Positions 36,038 through 51,290 are shown, counted from the first letter of the stretch. The stretch is DNA of 64,000 bases from the human T2T-CHM13v2.0 reference genome, Homo sapiens (GCF_009914755.1 NC_060945.1); one strand, 5' to 3'. Translations and numbers: made by a program. Notes: a model not told the origin generated them from the sequence alone.

Positions 36038-39000
36038 CAAACTCAAAATTAGTAGAAGAAAATAAATCATAAAAATCAGAGCAGAACTGGATAAAATAGA
36101 GACTAAAAATTTACAAAGTATCCATGAAACAAAAAGTGTTTTTTTGAAAAAAGATAAACAAGATCAATAAACTGATAGTTTGACTAACCAAGAAAAAGAG
36201 AGAGAAGACATAAAAAAGTAAAAGTAAAAATTAAAAAGGAGACATTAAACTGGTATCAGAAAAATAAAAAATATCATTAAAAACTGTTATGAAGCACTAT
36301 ATGCTAACAAATTGGAAAATCTAAAGAAAATGGATAAATACCTAGATACACATAACCTACCAGGATTGCATAAAGAAATTAAAAATTTGAACAGATCAAT
36401 AAGAAGTAACAAAATTGAAGCAGTAATAAGTCTCCCATCAAAGAAAAGCCCAGAACCTGATGGCTTAACTGCTGAATTTTATCAAATTTATCAAGAAGAA
36501 CTAAAATGAATTTCTCTGAAACTATTCAAAAAAAATTTAAGATGAGCCCTCTATGAGGCCAGCATTGCCCTGATACCAAATCCAGGAAAGGCATAACAAA
36601 AATAGAAAACCACAGGCCAATACTCCTGAATAACATAGATGCAAAATTCCTCAACAAAATACTAGTAAAACAAATCAAACAACATAGCAAAATACACCAA
36701 GATCTAGTGGGATTTATCAAAGGGACACAAGTATGGTTCCACATATGTAAATGGATAAATGTAATACATCACATGAACAGAATGAAGGACAAAAATTGTA
36801 ATATCACCTCAATAAATACATAAAAAGCACCTGATAAAATTCCGAATCCTTTATGATAAAAACTCTCAAGATATTAGGCACGGAAGGAACATAGCTCAAC
36901 ATAGTAAAGAAAATATATTGCTGACCCATAGGTAACATCATATTGGATGGGGAAAAGCTGAAATCTTTTCCCCTAAAAACTAGAAAAAGATAAGAATGCC
37001 CACTTTCACCGCTGTTATTCAACATAGTATTAGAAGTTCTGGCCAGAACAGGCAGGCAAAGGGAAGAAATAAAAGGAATTCAAACTGGAAAAAAGAAGTC
37101 AAAATGTATCTCTTTGCAGATAAGATGATCTTATATATTTAAAAACAAACAAAACACTAAGACTCCACCAAAAAAAAAAAAACCATTTAGAACTAATAAA
37201 TGAATTCAGTAAAGTTGCAGGATACAAATTCAATATATAAAAATCACTAACATTTCCACACACCAAAAACAAATTAGCTGAAAAAGAAATTTAAAAGGCA
37301 ATCCCTTTTATAAAAGCTAGAAAAAAAAATATCTAGAAATAAATTTAACCAAGAAGTCAAAAGACCTCTGCAAGGAAAACTACAAAACACTGATGAAAGA
37401 AATTGAGGAGGATACAGATAAATAGCAAAAATCTTCTGCTCATGGAATGGAAGCATTAATATTGCTTAAATGTCTATACCACCCAAAGTGATCTACAGAT
37501 TCAATGTAATCTTGATCAAAGTAACAATGGCATTCTTTGCAGAAATAGAAACAAAAATTCTAAAATTTGTATGACACTATAAAAGACCTGAATAACCAAA
37601 GCAATCTGAACCAAAGAACCAAACTGGAAGCCATCACACTACTTGACTTCAAAATATACTCCAAAGCTGTAATAACCAAAACATCAAGGTGCTAACATGA
37701 AAACAAACAAGACCAATGGTACAGAATACAAAACCCAGAAATAAATCCAAATATTTACAGCCAACTGATTTTTTGATAAAGAGCCCAAAAATATACATTG
37801 GTGAAAGGACACCCTCTTCAATAAATGGTTCTAGGAAACCTGAATATCTATTATGCAAAAAGAATGAAACTATATTCCTATCTCTTGCTGTATAAAAAAT
37901 TAACTCAAAATGAATTAAATACTTCACTATAAGACCTGAAACTATAAAAATACTAGAAGAAAACCTAGGCAATACTCACATGGACATTGATTTAGGCAAA
38001 GAGAATTTATGACAAAGACCTCATAAGCTCAGGCAACAAAAGCAAAAATAGATAAATGGGACTATTAAATTAAAAAGCTCTGCATAGCAAAGGAAAAAGT
38101 CAGCAGAGTGAGAGACAACCTGTACAATGGGAGAAAATATTTGCAAACTAATCATCCAAGAAGGGACTAATATCCAGAATATATCAGGAACCCAAACAAT
38201 TGAACTGCAAAATAATAGAATCCCATTAAAAAGTGAAAAAAGAACATTTTTCAAAAGAAGACCAGTATAAATAGCCAACAGATACATGAAAATAAGTTCA
38301 ACATTACTAATGATCAAGAAAATGCAGATCAAAACTACAATAAGCTATCACCTCATCCCAGTTAGAATGGCTACTCTCAAAAACACAAAATATAGCAAAT
38401 GCTGGCAAGGATGCAGAGAACAGGGAACTCTTATAGACTATTGGTGGAATGTAAATTAGTATAGCCATTATGAAATACAGTGTGGAGAGTTCTCAAAAAC
38501 TGAAAATAGAATTACAATATAATCTAGCAATTTCAATACTATGTATTTATCCAAAGGAAAATAAATCAGTATATCAGAGTAATACCCGCACCCCAATGTT
38601 TTGTGGAGCACTACTCACAATAACAAAGATAGGAAACAACCTCAGTATCCATCAATGAACAAATAAATAAAAAAAGTTATAACTTTATGGTATAAAATAA
38701 AACATAGTATATATAACATTTATAGAAAGCGCTCTCTCTCTCTGTGCATGTATATGGTTGAATAGTATTTAGCTATAAAAAAGAATGGAATCCTGTCATT
38801 TGCAGTAATGTGGATAGAACTGGAGGTCATTATGTATAAAGTAAAATAAGCCAGGCTCAGAGAGATATCACACATTCTAGCTCATATGTGGGAGCTAAAG
38901 AAGTGTATCTTGTGGAGGTAGAGATTAGAATGATAGTCACAAGTGTGTAGAAAGGGTGGGGAAGTGGAAGAAGCAAGGTTGGTTAATGGGTACAAACATA

Positions 39001-41660
39001 CATATCGATAGCACAGAAGGCTAATTATCTATAATTGTTATCTATAACAACAAAGTAATTTTGGAATATAGTAATTTTTCTCACTGTTTAAAACATAAGA
39101 TATGTCTGTGGATCTAAGGAAAGTTGTCTAAGATTCATATGATTTAATAACATCCAGATACTTAACCAGGTACACTTAGGAATTTATGTTGAATTGTACA
39201 ATATTTTGAGAAAAAATGATTATTTGCTAAATAGTGTGAGAATAACTTTCTAGAATATATGATCAGCAAGTGCAAGGATTATTTTCTATTTTGGTCAATG
39301 CTATGTCTTCAGGGCCTAGCATATATCGACAATAAATAATTGTGAGATGAATAAGTAAATCCTAAAATTCCAAACCATTTCAATTTAGTGATATAAGTTT
39401 TTAAGCTTTTACTGCAACTAGCTTTTGCCCCTTGCAAATATCTGAGATATATCCTATAATGGGTAAATACTTACAAGTTTAAAATGTTTTTATATACATA
39501 GGGAATTAAGACTTTTTGCTTAAACAATTCTCATATCCTTGTAATGAGTCAGAAATTTGTATCCCTAATTGACAGTAGAAGATTATGGATAAGGCAGACT
39601 CTGAATGGTGCTCAACTAATAGTCATTCTCTTCTTCCTTAGAGCAACCTCATTTGGATGGAGCAGCAAAGTGCCAACTGGAAGACGTGGAATCCCAGCTT
39701 CTCTTACAGTGTGTGGTGGCCCCTGACAAGAAGGTTCTTACCTGTCAGATATGGGTAGATAAATTTGGGGTTTTTGTCTTTTCAAAGATATAATGTTTTT
39801 CCTTGTCTTGAACTTATCCTTTTACCAGCCCTTCTTCCCCACTGGAACCCAGCCACAGTGCTTGAAATGCACGCCTCTATACATTTTAAGAAAAACAATC
39901 CTTCATTTTGTTTAACCCATTTTATTGTTTTGATGATATATTTGTAGTATGTAGCTGAACTTACGCTTAACATAGGCATGGTGGCTTAGAAAGTTATATA
40001 TCTAGCATGGCCAAATCTAAATTGTCAAGTCCATGTTTAAAAACTCAACTTATCCATCTCCACAATTCATGTACTTTTCATAATGCTGCACTTTCTTTTG
40101 AAAGTCCTAGATGCTCAATCCAGTGCTCATCATTAGTATGTCCATTATATACCTTCCATATTTTATATTCTTTCAAATACAACTCCAGGGAAAATAATAT
40201 ACAAAATAGGATTTCAAATAGAAGAATGACTAAAAATGAACAGATCTCAGTGCTCATTTATAAGTTTGTCCTTTAAGATGTCTTCATTGAGTTAAGAAAC
40301 ACCTGGGGCTATTTTAAATGAAAATTGTTTTTTCAAGATTTTTTTTATCATTTAGACCAAGATAAACGCTATGATTTTTTTCTAGCAATAGCAACTTCTT
40401 TTGTTATAAAATATGGTCTTACTTTAAAAAGAAAAATCATTAAAATAAAAATATATTGGCAGAATCCTATCAAAAATGGTTCCTATTAATGACAGATCGA
40501 CATGTTAAAAAATCCTCGAAGTTTTATTTTCAAATTCTATAAGTTATTTCGTTTCTGAAATAAATCATAACTTTATTAAACATGGATGATAGAGTAAAAT
40601 TCATTTTCTGCTTCCAGGCAATACATGTTGGGAGGAGACATAAAATGTATTCATAAAGATAAAAACTTGAAAGTATAGGATGTCATAGGAAGTTCACTGC
40701 ATTTATACTTAGAGATGTACTATAAACCAAGTTCAAACATTAATTGAATGAGCAAGAACAAATATTTTAACTTCCTTAAACTTTGTTCTATCATTTAGAA
40801 AATGAGATCTTGTTATATTTGCCAAATGCTTTGATTTTTAAAAGGTTAAAAAAATTATGCAATTTCTTTGAAAACTGGTAGACCTATAAAACATATTAGC
40901 TATGTTTGAATACAAAAAATAAATTAGAAAAATAATTTAGTTTTATATTTATTATGACAGTCTTGAGGTTGAGACGATTAAGACATGATACTAAATAATT
41001 AACTAAAACAAAAACCGAATAATTACAAGATATCTCTAAAAGTTTAATGTTGCATCAAACACCGTGTGTTAATTTGGATCTATACATTCATACTTTTAAA
41101 AATGTATAGGTTTTGTTTTTTAATTTTTAATTTTTGAGAGTACATAGTAGGTGTATATATTTATGGGGTATGTGAGATGTTTGGATACAGGTATGCAATG
41201 TGTAATAAGCACATCATGAAAAATGAGGTGTCCGCCGCTCAAGCATTTATCCTTTGTGTTACCAACATTCCAATTATACTTTCAGTTATTTTAATATGTA
41301 CAATTAAATTATTTACTATAGTCACTCTGTTGTGCAATCCAAAACTAACTCTTATTCTATTTTTTGTGTGTACCCATTAACCATCCCCATCTCCCCTCTA
41401 CCTGCCCCCAATACCCTTCCAAGCCTCTGATAACCATCCTACTCTCTGTCTCCATGAGTCCAACTGTTTTGACTTTTAGATTCCACAAATAAGTGAGCAC
41501 ATGCAGTGTTTGTATTTCTGTGTCTGGCTTATTTAACATGACATAATGACCTGCAGTTCCATTCATGCTGTTGCAAATGACAGGATCCCATTCTTTTTAT
41601 AACCAAATAGTATTCCATTGTGTATAATGATAATATTTTCTTTATCTATTTATCTGTTTC

Positions 41661-43850
41661 TGATATGGTTTGGCTCTGTTCCCACCCAAATTTCACCTTG
41701 AATTGTAGCTCCCATAATTCCCACGTTGTGGGAGGGACTCAGGGGGAGATAATTGAATCATGGGGGCAGTTCCCCCATGCTGTTCTCAAGGTAGTGAATA
41801 AGTCTCACAAGATCTGATGGTTTTTATAAGGGGAAACCCCTTTCACTTGGCTCTCTTTACTCCCACCACCATATAGGAAGAGCCTTTTACCTTCTGCCAT
41901 GATTGTGAGGCCTCCCCCACCACATGGAACTGTGAGTCCATTAAACCTCTTTTTCTTTACAAATTACCAGTCTTGGGTTTGTCTTTATCAGCAAGATGAA
42001 AACGGACTAATACAGTAAGTTTGGAGGGCTCAGAAGAAGACAAGAAAATGTAGCAAAGTTTAAAACTTACTAGAGACTTGTTGAATGGCTTTGACCAAAA
42101 TGCTGATAATTATATGGACAATGAAATTCAAGCTGAGGTGGTCTCAGATGAAGAGGAGAAACTTGTTGGGAACTGGAGTAAAGGTGACTCTTGCTATGTT
42201 TTAGCAAATAGACAAGTGACATTTTGCCCCTGCACTAGAGATTTGTGGAACTTTGAACTCGAGGGAGATGATTTAGGGCATCTGGTGGAAGAAATTTCTA
42301 AGGAGCAAAGCATTCAAGACGTGACTTGGATGCTGTTAAAAGCATTCAGTTTTAAAAAGCAAACAGGGCATAAAAGTTTAGAAAATTTGCAGCCTGGTGA
42401 TGGGATAGAAAAGAAAATTCCATTTTCTGAGGAGAAATTCAAGCCAACTGTAGAAATTTGCACAAGTAACCAGGAGCCAAATGTTAATTCCAAAGACAAT
42501 GAGAAAAATGTCTCCAGGGCATGTCAGAGACCTTTGCAGAAGCCCCTCCCATCAGATGCCCAGAGGCCTAAAAGGAAAAAATGGTTCTCTGGGCTGGGCA
42601 CAGGATCCCACTGCTGTGTGCAGCCTAGGGACTTGGTGCCCTGCATCCCAGATGCTCTAGCCATGGCTAAAAGGGGCCAAGGTACAGCTCCAGTCAGGGC
42701 TTTAGAGGGTGCAACCCCCAAGTCTTGGCAGCTTCCATGTGGCATTGAGTCTGTGGGGGCACAGAAGTCAAGAACTGAGGTTTGGGAACCTCCACCTAGA
42801 TTTCAGAGGATATATGGCAACATCTGGATGTCCAGGCAGAAGTTTGTTGCAGGGGCAGAGCCCTCATGGAGAACCTCTGCTAGGGCAGTGTGGAAGGGAA
42901 ATATGGAGGGGAAGCCCCTAACACAGAGTCCCTACTGTGGCACTGCCTAGTGGAGCTGTGAGAAGAGGGCCACCATCCTCCAGACCCCAGAATCATAGAT
43001 CCACCAACAGCTTGCAAGGTGCCCCCGGAAAAGCTGCAGACACTCAACCCCAGCCCGTGAGAGCAGCTGGGAGGGAGGCTGTACCCTGCAAAGCCACAGG
43101 GGTGGAGCTGCCCAAGATCATGAGAACCCACCTCTCGCATCAGTGTGACTGTGAGACAGGGAGTCAAAGGAGATCATTTTGGAGCTTTAAAATTTGACTA
43201 CCCTACTGGATTTTGGAATTGCATGGGGCCTGTAGTGCTGTCATTTTGGTCAATTTTTTCCTTTTGGAATGGGTTATTTACCCAATGCCTGCACCCCCAT
43301 TTTATCTAGGAAGTAAATAACTTGCTTTTGATTTTACAGGCTTGTAGGCAGAAGGGACTTGCCTTATCTCGAATGAGACTTTGGACGGTGGACTTTTGAG
43401 TTAATGCTGAAATGAGTTAAGCCTTTGGGAGATTGTTGGGAAGGCATGATTGTGTATTGAAATGAGAGCACATGAGATTTGGGAGGGGCCAGGGGTGGAA
43501 TGATATCGTTTGCCTGTGTCTTCACCCAAATTTCATCTTGATTTGTAGCTCCCATAATTCCCACGTGTTGTAGGAGGGGCCCGGGGGCAGATAATTGAAT
43601 CATGGGGGTGGTTTTCCCAATACTGTCCTTGTGGTAGTGAATAAGTCTCATAAAATCTGATGGTTTTATAAAGGGAAACCTCTTTTGCTTGGCTCTTTCT
43701 CTCTCTTGCCAAGTAGTGCCTTTCATCTCTGCCGTAATTGTAAGGCCTCCCCCACCAGATAGAACTGTGAGTCCACTAAACCTGTTTTTCTTTATAAATT
43801 ACCCAATCTCTGATATGTCCTTATCAGCAGTGTGAAAATGGACTAATACG
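41661..43850 (+). mobile_element. Full-length THE1 (THE1B/C-like): LTRs 41661-42014 and 43501-43850
   Basis: 5-bp TSD GTTTC at 41656-41660 and 43851-43855; paired LTRs; short deletion at the start of the internal region. Confidence 0.96.
42078..42950 (+). pseudogene. THE1-internal (MaLR) ORF remnant, 290 codons open; first in-frame ATG at 42114
   Basis: Longest ORF in the window; homologous to the broken frames in the THE1 copies at 2022-3602 and 21417-23010. Confidence 0.8.
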
Positions 43851-45681
43851 GTTTCCAAATCTTGGCTATTATAAACAGTGCTGCGACAAACATAGGGGTG
43901 AAGATGTATCTTCCATATACTGATTTCCTTTCTTTTGAATGTATAATCCAGGTACCGCTGGATTATATGGTATCTCTATTTTTAGTTTTTTTGTGGAACC
44001 TCAAAACTGTTCTTCAGAATGATTGTACTAATTTATATTCCCACCACAAGTGTACAAGGGTTCCCTTTTTACATCTTCACTGGTATTTGCTATTGCCTGT
44101 CTTTTGGATAAAAGCCATGTTAACTAGGGTGAGATGATATTTCATTGTAGTTTTGATTTGCATTTCTCTGATGATCAATAATGTTGAGCATATTTTATAT
44201 ACCTATTTACCATTTATATAACTTCTTTTCAGAAATGTCTGTTTATTACCCACTTTTAAATCAGATTATTTGATTTTTTTTCTTATAAAGTTGCTTGAGC
44301 TCCTTATATATACTGGTTACTAAATTGCCAGATGGGTAGTTTACAAACATTTTCTACCATTCTACGGGTTGTCTCTTTACTTTGTTGATTGTGTCCTTTG
44401 CTATGCAGAAGGTTTTTAACTTGAGGTGAACCCATTTGTCCATGTTTGCTTTGGTGCCCTGTGCTTATGGAGTAGTATTCAATAAAGTTTTTGCCCAGAC
44501 CAATGCCTGGAGAGTTTCCTCGGTGATTGCTTGGGGTAGTTTCATAGTTTGAAGTCTTAGATATAAGCTTTTAATCCATTTTGACTTGATTTTTGTATAT
44601 GGTGATAGTCTAGTTTCATTCTTCTGTATATGGATTATCAGTTTTCCCAGCACCATTTATCGAAGAGACTCTCTTCCCCAGTGTGTGTTCTTGGCACCTT
44701 TCTTGAAAATGAGTTCACTGTACAGGTGTGGATTTGTTTTCGGTTTCTCTATTCCATTCCACTGGTCTGTCTGTTTCTATGCCAGTACCGTGTTCTTTGG
44801 GTTACTATAACTGCAGTGTGATTTGAAGTCAGGTAATGCAGTTTCTTCTGTTTTGTTCTGTTTTTTTCACTTAGAATAGCTTTAGCCATTCTTGGTCTTT
44901 TTTGGTTTCATATAAATTTTAGGTTTTTTTTTTCTATTTCTCTGAAAAGTGCCATTGGTATTTTGATAGATATTACATTGAATCTGTAGATGATTTTGGG
45001 TAATGTGGATGTTTTAACAATATTGACTCTTCTAATCCATGAACGTGGGGTATCTTTCCCTTTTTTGGTGTCCTCTTCAATTTCCTTCAACAGTGTTTTA
45101 TGGTTTTTATTAGAGAGATCTTTGACTTCTTTGGTTAATTCCTAGGTATTTCATTTTATTTGTAGCTATTGTAAATGGATTACTTTTCTGATTTATTTTT
45201 CAGATTGTTTACTTTTGGCACATAAAAATACTCCTGATTTTTGTATGTTGTTTTGTGTCCTGCAACTTTACTGAATTTGTTTATCAGTTCTAATAGTATT
45301 TTGGTGGTGACTTTAGGTTTTTCCAAATATAGTATCATATCATCTGCAAACAATGATAATTTTATTTTTCATTTTCCATTTGGATGCCTTTGATTTCCTT
45401 CATTGTTATTCAACATAGGACTTCACAGTACTTGTTGAATATCAGATCAATGCCCCAGAGAATAAAAATGGGCAACCTTATCATCCAGACCTTAGAGGAA
45501 AGGCTTTCAGTTAAGATGTGTATTTTTTGTATTTCATCTACAATTATTAAAATAAGCATAGCTTTTAAGCATTATTAGCATTAAGAAGAATATCTAAAAA
45601 GATAACATATTGATATGTTTATTTCTATAGTATCAAGAATTTAGGAAAAAAATAAGGAAATATGCTTTTTAAAAGAAGGAT

Positions 45682-46002
45682 AGCCCATACATGGTGTCTC
45701 ACACCTGTAATGCTAGCAATTTGGGAAGAGGGCAGTTTGCTTGAGCCCAGGAGTTGGAGACCAGCCTGGGAAACATGGCAAAACCCACTTTCTACTGAAA
45801 AAAAAACAAAAAACAAAAAAATTAGCCAGGCATGGTGGTACATGCCTGTAGTCCCAGCACCTTGGAAGGCTGAGTTGGAAGGATCAACTGAACCCAGAAA
45901 GCCAAGGCTGCAGTGAGCTGAAATTGCACCACTGCACCCCAGCCTGGGCAACAGGAATGAGACCCTGTCTCAAAAAAACAAATAACGAAAAGAAAAGAAA
46001 AA
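45682..46002 (+). mobile_element. AluJ
   Basis: gcttgagcccaggagtt and aggctgcagtgagctg J diagnostics; A-rich tail. Confidence 0.92.
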
Positions 46003-49000
46003 GGCTAAAACTATGATTCACTTAATCATACGTAAAATGTTTTACCTTCTAAATAGAGAAGCTACAAAACCTCACAAAAGGACATAATAGGAAATCTGAA
46101 CAATAGAAAGAAGTACCATAATATTGGGCAAGAAGATATATGTTTAAAAGTACCTATTCTTTCAGAATCAATGCATGATTTTAAAATTCTAACTAATATT
46201 CTCTTTTTATAAGGGGAATAATATAAACTATTTTAGAACAGTGAAGAAATAATGGAAAATAAAGTGATACAATAGGAATCATCTCAGTAATTATTCCATT
46301 AGTAACATATTCTAATGCCATCATAATCAAATTAGTATTGTAGTAACAAGCTCAGGTGGCTAGATCAGTGCGCAACACAGATAATTCAGAAATAGGTCTA
46401 AGTGTATATGAGAATGTAACATATAAAACAGGTAATATTTTAATTCATAGGAAAGGACAGTTAATTTTTATAAATTGTGTGGGCATATGTGGCCACATCT
46501 CTGGAGTAAAACTGTGTCACATCTGTAACACATACATTCTGTTTGACTTCAAGTCTCTCTATTGATGAAAACGTGAATAGTTTCAAACTTTGGCAAAGCA
46601 TTTAAAAATAAATATTAAAATTAAAACTGCACACACACTTTTTTTGCCTGTCCGTTGCATTCAATTACTCTATCTCTTGGAGCTGAATTTATTTCTGTGA
46701 GGCTTTATGTATAATTATATTTATTACTGCATTTCTCATAATAGCCAAAAAAAGGAATAAAAGCATACAAATACAGTATATGTCCAAACATGCAATATCA
46801 AGGACTACGTAAATAAATTACATTTAAAATCTGCATCATGGAATAATATCTAAATGTGCAAATTATCATTAATGCATTTCATCTTCTTCTTCTCCACCTT
46901 GAAAATTTTGTGTTTTCCATATATTTTCATCTCAGAAAAAATGCAGACTAAACTTTAAATTTCCCAGGTCCACTTCTTAATTCCATACTCCACAATCCCC
47001 CTTCACAATTGGTATCAATGCTGTTTTCCTCCTCACCATCAATGCTTTCTCAACTATGACTACTTATCATAAATCCAACTATTTATAAGTTTCATATATT
47101 CTAAAAAATAAAAAAAGGAAACAGCATATACAAAGATAAAACTCCCTTCTAAAGTTCTACTGCATCAAGCTGAACTTTCTCTGCTTTTATCGCCTTAGAA
47201 TCCTGTCACTTCTGTTAAAGTCTTCACCAGCCATTTGTTAATAAGGCTCAAGGCACTGGACTAGCCTTTCATAGATCCGCAGAGGCCTCCATAACACCAA
47301 AACCAAGACTCTGCCAGTATTCATGATCTTTGACCTCTATGCATATGACACAATTGACCATAAAGCCTTCTGGAAGCAATGACGCATGAAAAACCACTTG
47401 GGTAGCAGAAAGAGAAAGCACAAAACACATTTTAGAAATATTTAAGTGGCAAAATCAAATCAATTGATGATTGACTGATTGATTACCTAGATGAAGGAAT
47501 TCAGTGACTCACCGGATATCAGATAATGAAGACAGGAGTTATGTGAACCTGCTTTTGGGACTTGGGTAGAGTGTGATACCAGCTGTTTTTCTCCTCACCA
47601 TAAATGCTTTCTCCCTGTGAATCAAAACAGATTTATACCTTATAAAAGAAGGCTAGGATTTACATGGAAGTGATGAAGCATCTGTAAACCTGTGAGATTA
47701 TCAAACACAACATTTTTAATCAGATGTCTATGAGTCCGAAGATCATAGCAAAATATCATAATGTCTATGAAATGGCTAAATTATTCTAGGAGAGATATAG
47801 AGTGTGGTAAAATGTTGGTCAGGAATAGATTTTTGGAAATATCGAAGTTTTATAAATATATATATTAAAAGAAACTCATGGGGAAATAAAAGATAAATGG
47901 GAATTTGAACTGAATATTTTCTATCTGATCCTTTAGATCCTCTTTCCACCCAACTCCACACTGCCCCATGCTTCAGGATCAAAGTCTGGTGACAAGTTTA
48001 TGCCTGCTGTCCCAGTTTAATTATGAATGACACACTTTCTTATTATAAAAATAGTCCTTATTTTAACTGTAGATTATATGGCTATCCAAACCAGGACTCT
48101 CTGGTTTCTCTTTGGCTTCAGCCACTAGAGATCAGATGGAGGAAGGAGAAGGAAGTCAGAAAATTTGTTTCTGTGGCATCCTTTTTGACTTGTTACATTT
48201 GGTTGGTGGTTGTTCTTATTGGCCCCAGCTGATGGAATGAGCAAGTTTCCAGATGATCCCATTGGAAGGGGATATGTGTCTCTTCCAAGATCTTGATTGG
48301 TGCAGGGGTATGGGCAGATCCAAGACAGTGTAGTGTCAAGGAAGTCAAGAAAGAATTTTCCAAGACTTGTGTAATACATGGGGGTGGACAAAGCAAATGC
48401 AACAGGTAGTCCAGCAAGATGAAGAAAAGATAGTCAAAATTATGAACAGTCATAAAAAGTATGGAAATTATAAATTTTGTTTCAGGTAGAGACAACAGAT
48501 AAACATACATTAGGCATAAAATATTTAAAAAGAAAATAGCCAAAAAAACAAAAACTTTTCTGTTTAGTTCAACAATTATTAATGACCTCCTATTCTGATT
48601 TTAGGGGCCATTGTCTGAAGTACACGTAGGGAAGAAATTATAGAAAGGCGAAACTAAGGAAGTCACTATATATATTGATATAATAATTTATTTGAGTTTG
48701 AACCTATTTATACTTACTCATGTTTGGAAAAATGCAAGCAGATAGAGAATTTTTGTGGACACAATATTCCAAACAAACATACTTTTGCCCAGCTTATGAA
48801 GACTTACTTTCACCAAAGTTATAGAAATACTTTGGGATCAATATTTGGCATCATTCAGCAGATATGGAAGGTAATAAGTTGTTTAGCTATGTTTTAATCC
48901 TCTTCTTGGTGTGCTCACTGACTATTATAAGCTGAAAATATGAATGGCCAAAATAAAATAAACTATATGATTATTAGAAACAATACTAATAACTCCTAGA

Positions 49001-51286
49001 AAACAAAGACATACACAAATATCTAAAAACATGGCAAATTGCTGGAGAATGATTGTGGAGAAAAGTTAAATTAGCAGAATGTAAGAAGTTTGGCATTTTC
49101 AGGAATTTAGAAGCCAGAGTAATTAACCAGTAAAGAAAGAGTTAGGTCCTGCCACTTCTTCCCAAGTTCTCATCATTTTTCAAGGATTTGGTACATCTGG
49201 GGATTCTGATAGCTAAGCCCTGTATCCAATTTAGAAAGAGCATCCCTAATGTTAGCTGAAGGCAGTGGAGTAGAAATTTATCACTAAGGAACGAAATGCA
49301 TTCCTTTTGGCAGAAAGCTGCTTAGAGGAATGTATTTTATGTGGTATAAAAGTGCATGGAAATTTTAGTTGTATTTTTCTTTAAATCTATGAAAAACTTT
49401 ATGTCTTTGAGGGATAAACCCTATGCAGCTATTGGGAAAATAGGAAACATCTTAAAGAAGAACAAACTTATCCAACATTGCACACTATTCTGTTTCCTAT
49501 TTCATAGGCTGGGCCACCTGAAATTTTATAACCCAACCAAACTTTAGATTCCTTGCATTTTCATACAGGTCCCAGAAATGGGAATGATACTCTTGCTAAA
49601 ATATCTGCTATTCGGAGTCTATTCTGCTTAGAAAATTAGCAGAATCAAGGACCATAAATAGATAGCATGTCATCTTCCAGCTTACTTTTGAAGAGATCTC
49701 TATACCATTCAATCTTCTGGGTTTGAATTAGAGTAAATGGTCAATGAATAAAGACAGGAAGAATGGAGAGAGAACAGTATCTGATAACTAAAACCCCCCA
49801 ACAAGCACCAGAACATTTTTCTTTTTTAATAAAATGAGTTCTTCTATTTTCGTTTCTTCTTCAAATTAGTAAAAGAGTTTGAAAGGTACAATTTCAATGT
49901 GCCAAAGTGAAAATTTTCTCCCCTGATTAACAAATACTGTTACTGGCTGTGAGGCAGAAAGTTGTATATAAGCAGTGATTAAATATATAATGGGGTAATA
50001 GTGAAACTCTGGTAAACCCTCACACATTTTAGAGAATGACAGAGCTTTCTAGTTGTCTATGAAGTTACAGATGTGAAGAGCAAACTTTTTTCTTCTCTTA
50101 GAGGGGCTGAGCATGCCATTGTCACCTACTTTTCAGGAGGGAAAGATACTAGAAGAATATTGCTATCCTCTGATCACAAGTCACCCACTGGGTCAGTCAC
50201 TCTTTCCTTAAGGACTTTTGGAAAATTGCACAATTACGGGTTGTCCTTTGCAAACAGCTGTGCTCACGACTTAAACACCGTTTTCTTTTATTGCAATGTC
50301 GGGGTCCTTAAGGAGTCCAGATTATCTTGTTGCTCAGAGAATTAATAAAATTTAGGTAGAGGGGAAGGAAAGTTCATTTTGAAGCCCAATAGGCCTCACG
50401 TTTAAGTCATGTTCTATATTATTTTATTAGTAAAGAAGCTGGTATTTAATCTCCATCTGTTTGATTTCCAAATTTTATCTGTCGGCACGTTTTGAATTTG
50501 TAATAGGCTTGACTGTCAGAACAATATTCACTCCTAAAAATTCAACCACTTTCCACTTATTATCAATTGTGCCTTTTCCTATAATTTCCATTAAAAATTC
50601 ATGGTTTTTGCCTAATTTAATTAATAATTACCAACAATAGAAATGCCAAGTCCATAAAATTGATAGAAATTGGGGTGTTTTGTGGAGTTAATAATTTGGT
50701 TTACTTTTCTCATCTTTCATAGAACTTTCTTAACCATGTAGAATGTTCTGCCACAAGCAGAAGCTCAATAAGTTCTGCTGATTTGTTTTAACAAGTATAA
50801 GATTTGTTTTCTTTTGCCATGCAAATCTGGCTTACTAGAAAAAGCATTGACACAAGAAGGAAGTCAATATTTATGGTCTGAGCATTTCCAGTGTTAATAG
50901 GCTTAAGAGTGTACAAAATGCAGACGACTAGGCTATAAAATGACTTTGTCTTTCCCTAATCAGGAAAAACTACCAAAAATGTAATGTACAAAAATATATA
51001 AACTGAGTAAGCGTGTGCCCTATTGTCACTTATACTTCTGTTTTTCTATGTAAGTCAAAATGTAGCTTATATAGGAACCAGCTAGAAGAATGATGTATGG
51101 ATATTTATAGGGGAAAATCTCATGGTTCTCCAAGGAATGCCTTTCTGTATGTAAACAACTCTTTAAGTTACAAGGCTCTTCGAAAAATGGCATGTTCTAT
51201 TCAATGTAGATTCAATGAAAGAATATAGATTGCCAAAATCATTTTATGAAAAACGATAGCATTATGGTCCCACACCTTCAGGTCTT

Positions 51287-51290
<4 letters not shown>

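Larger units (their letters stand above)
33985..39040 (+). mobile_element. L1M/L1MA element: 5'UTR (33985-~35505) joined to decayed ORF2 and 3'UTR; ORF1 missing
   Basis: aagatggctgactagag 5' start. ORF2 remnants ENLKKMDKYLDTHNLP...KKSPEPDGLTAEFYQ and ctctttgcagataagatgatcttata (FADD region). Confidence 0.88.
41111..45510 (-). mobile_element. L1MA(1-3-like) 3' portion, interrupted by THE1
   Basis: gtacatagtaggtgtatatatttatggggta 3' end; ORF2 remnant [10 protein letters not shown]...[19 protein letters not shown] at 44908-45090. Confidence 0.9.
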
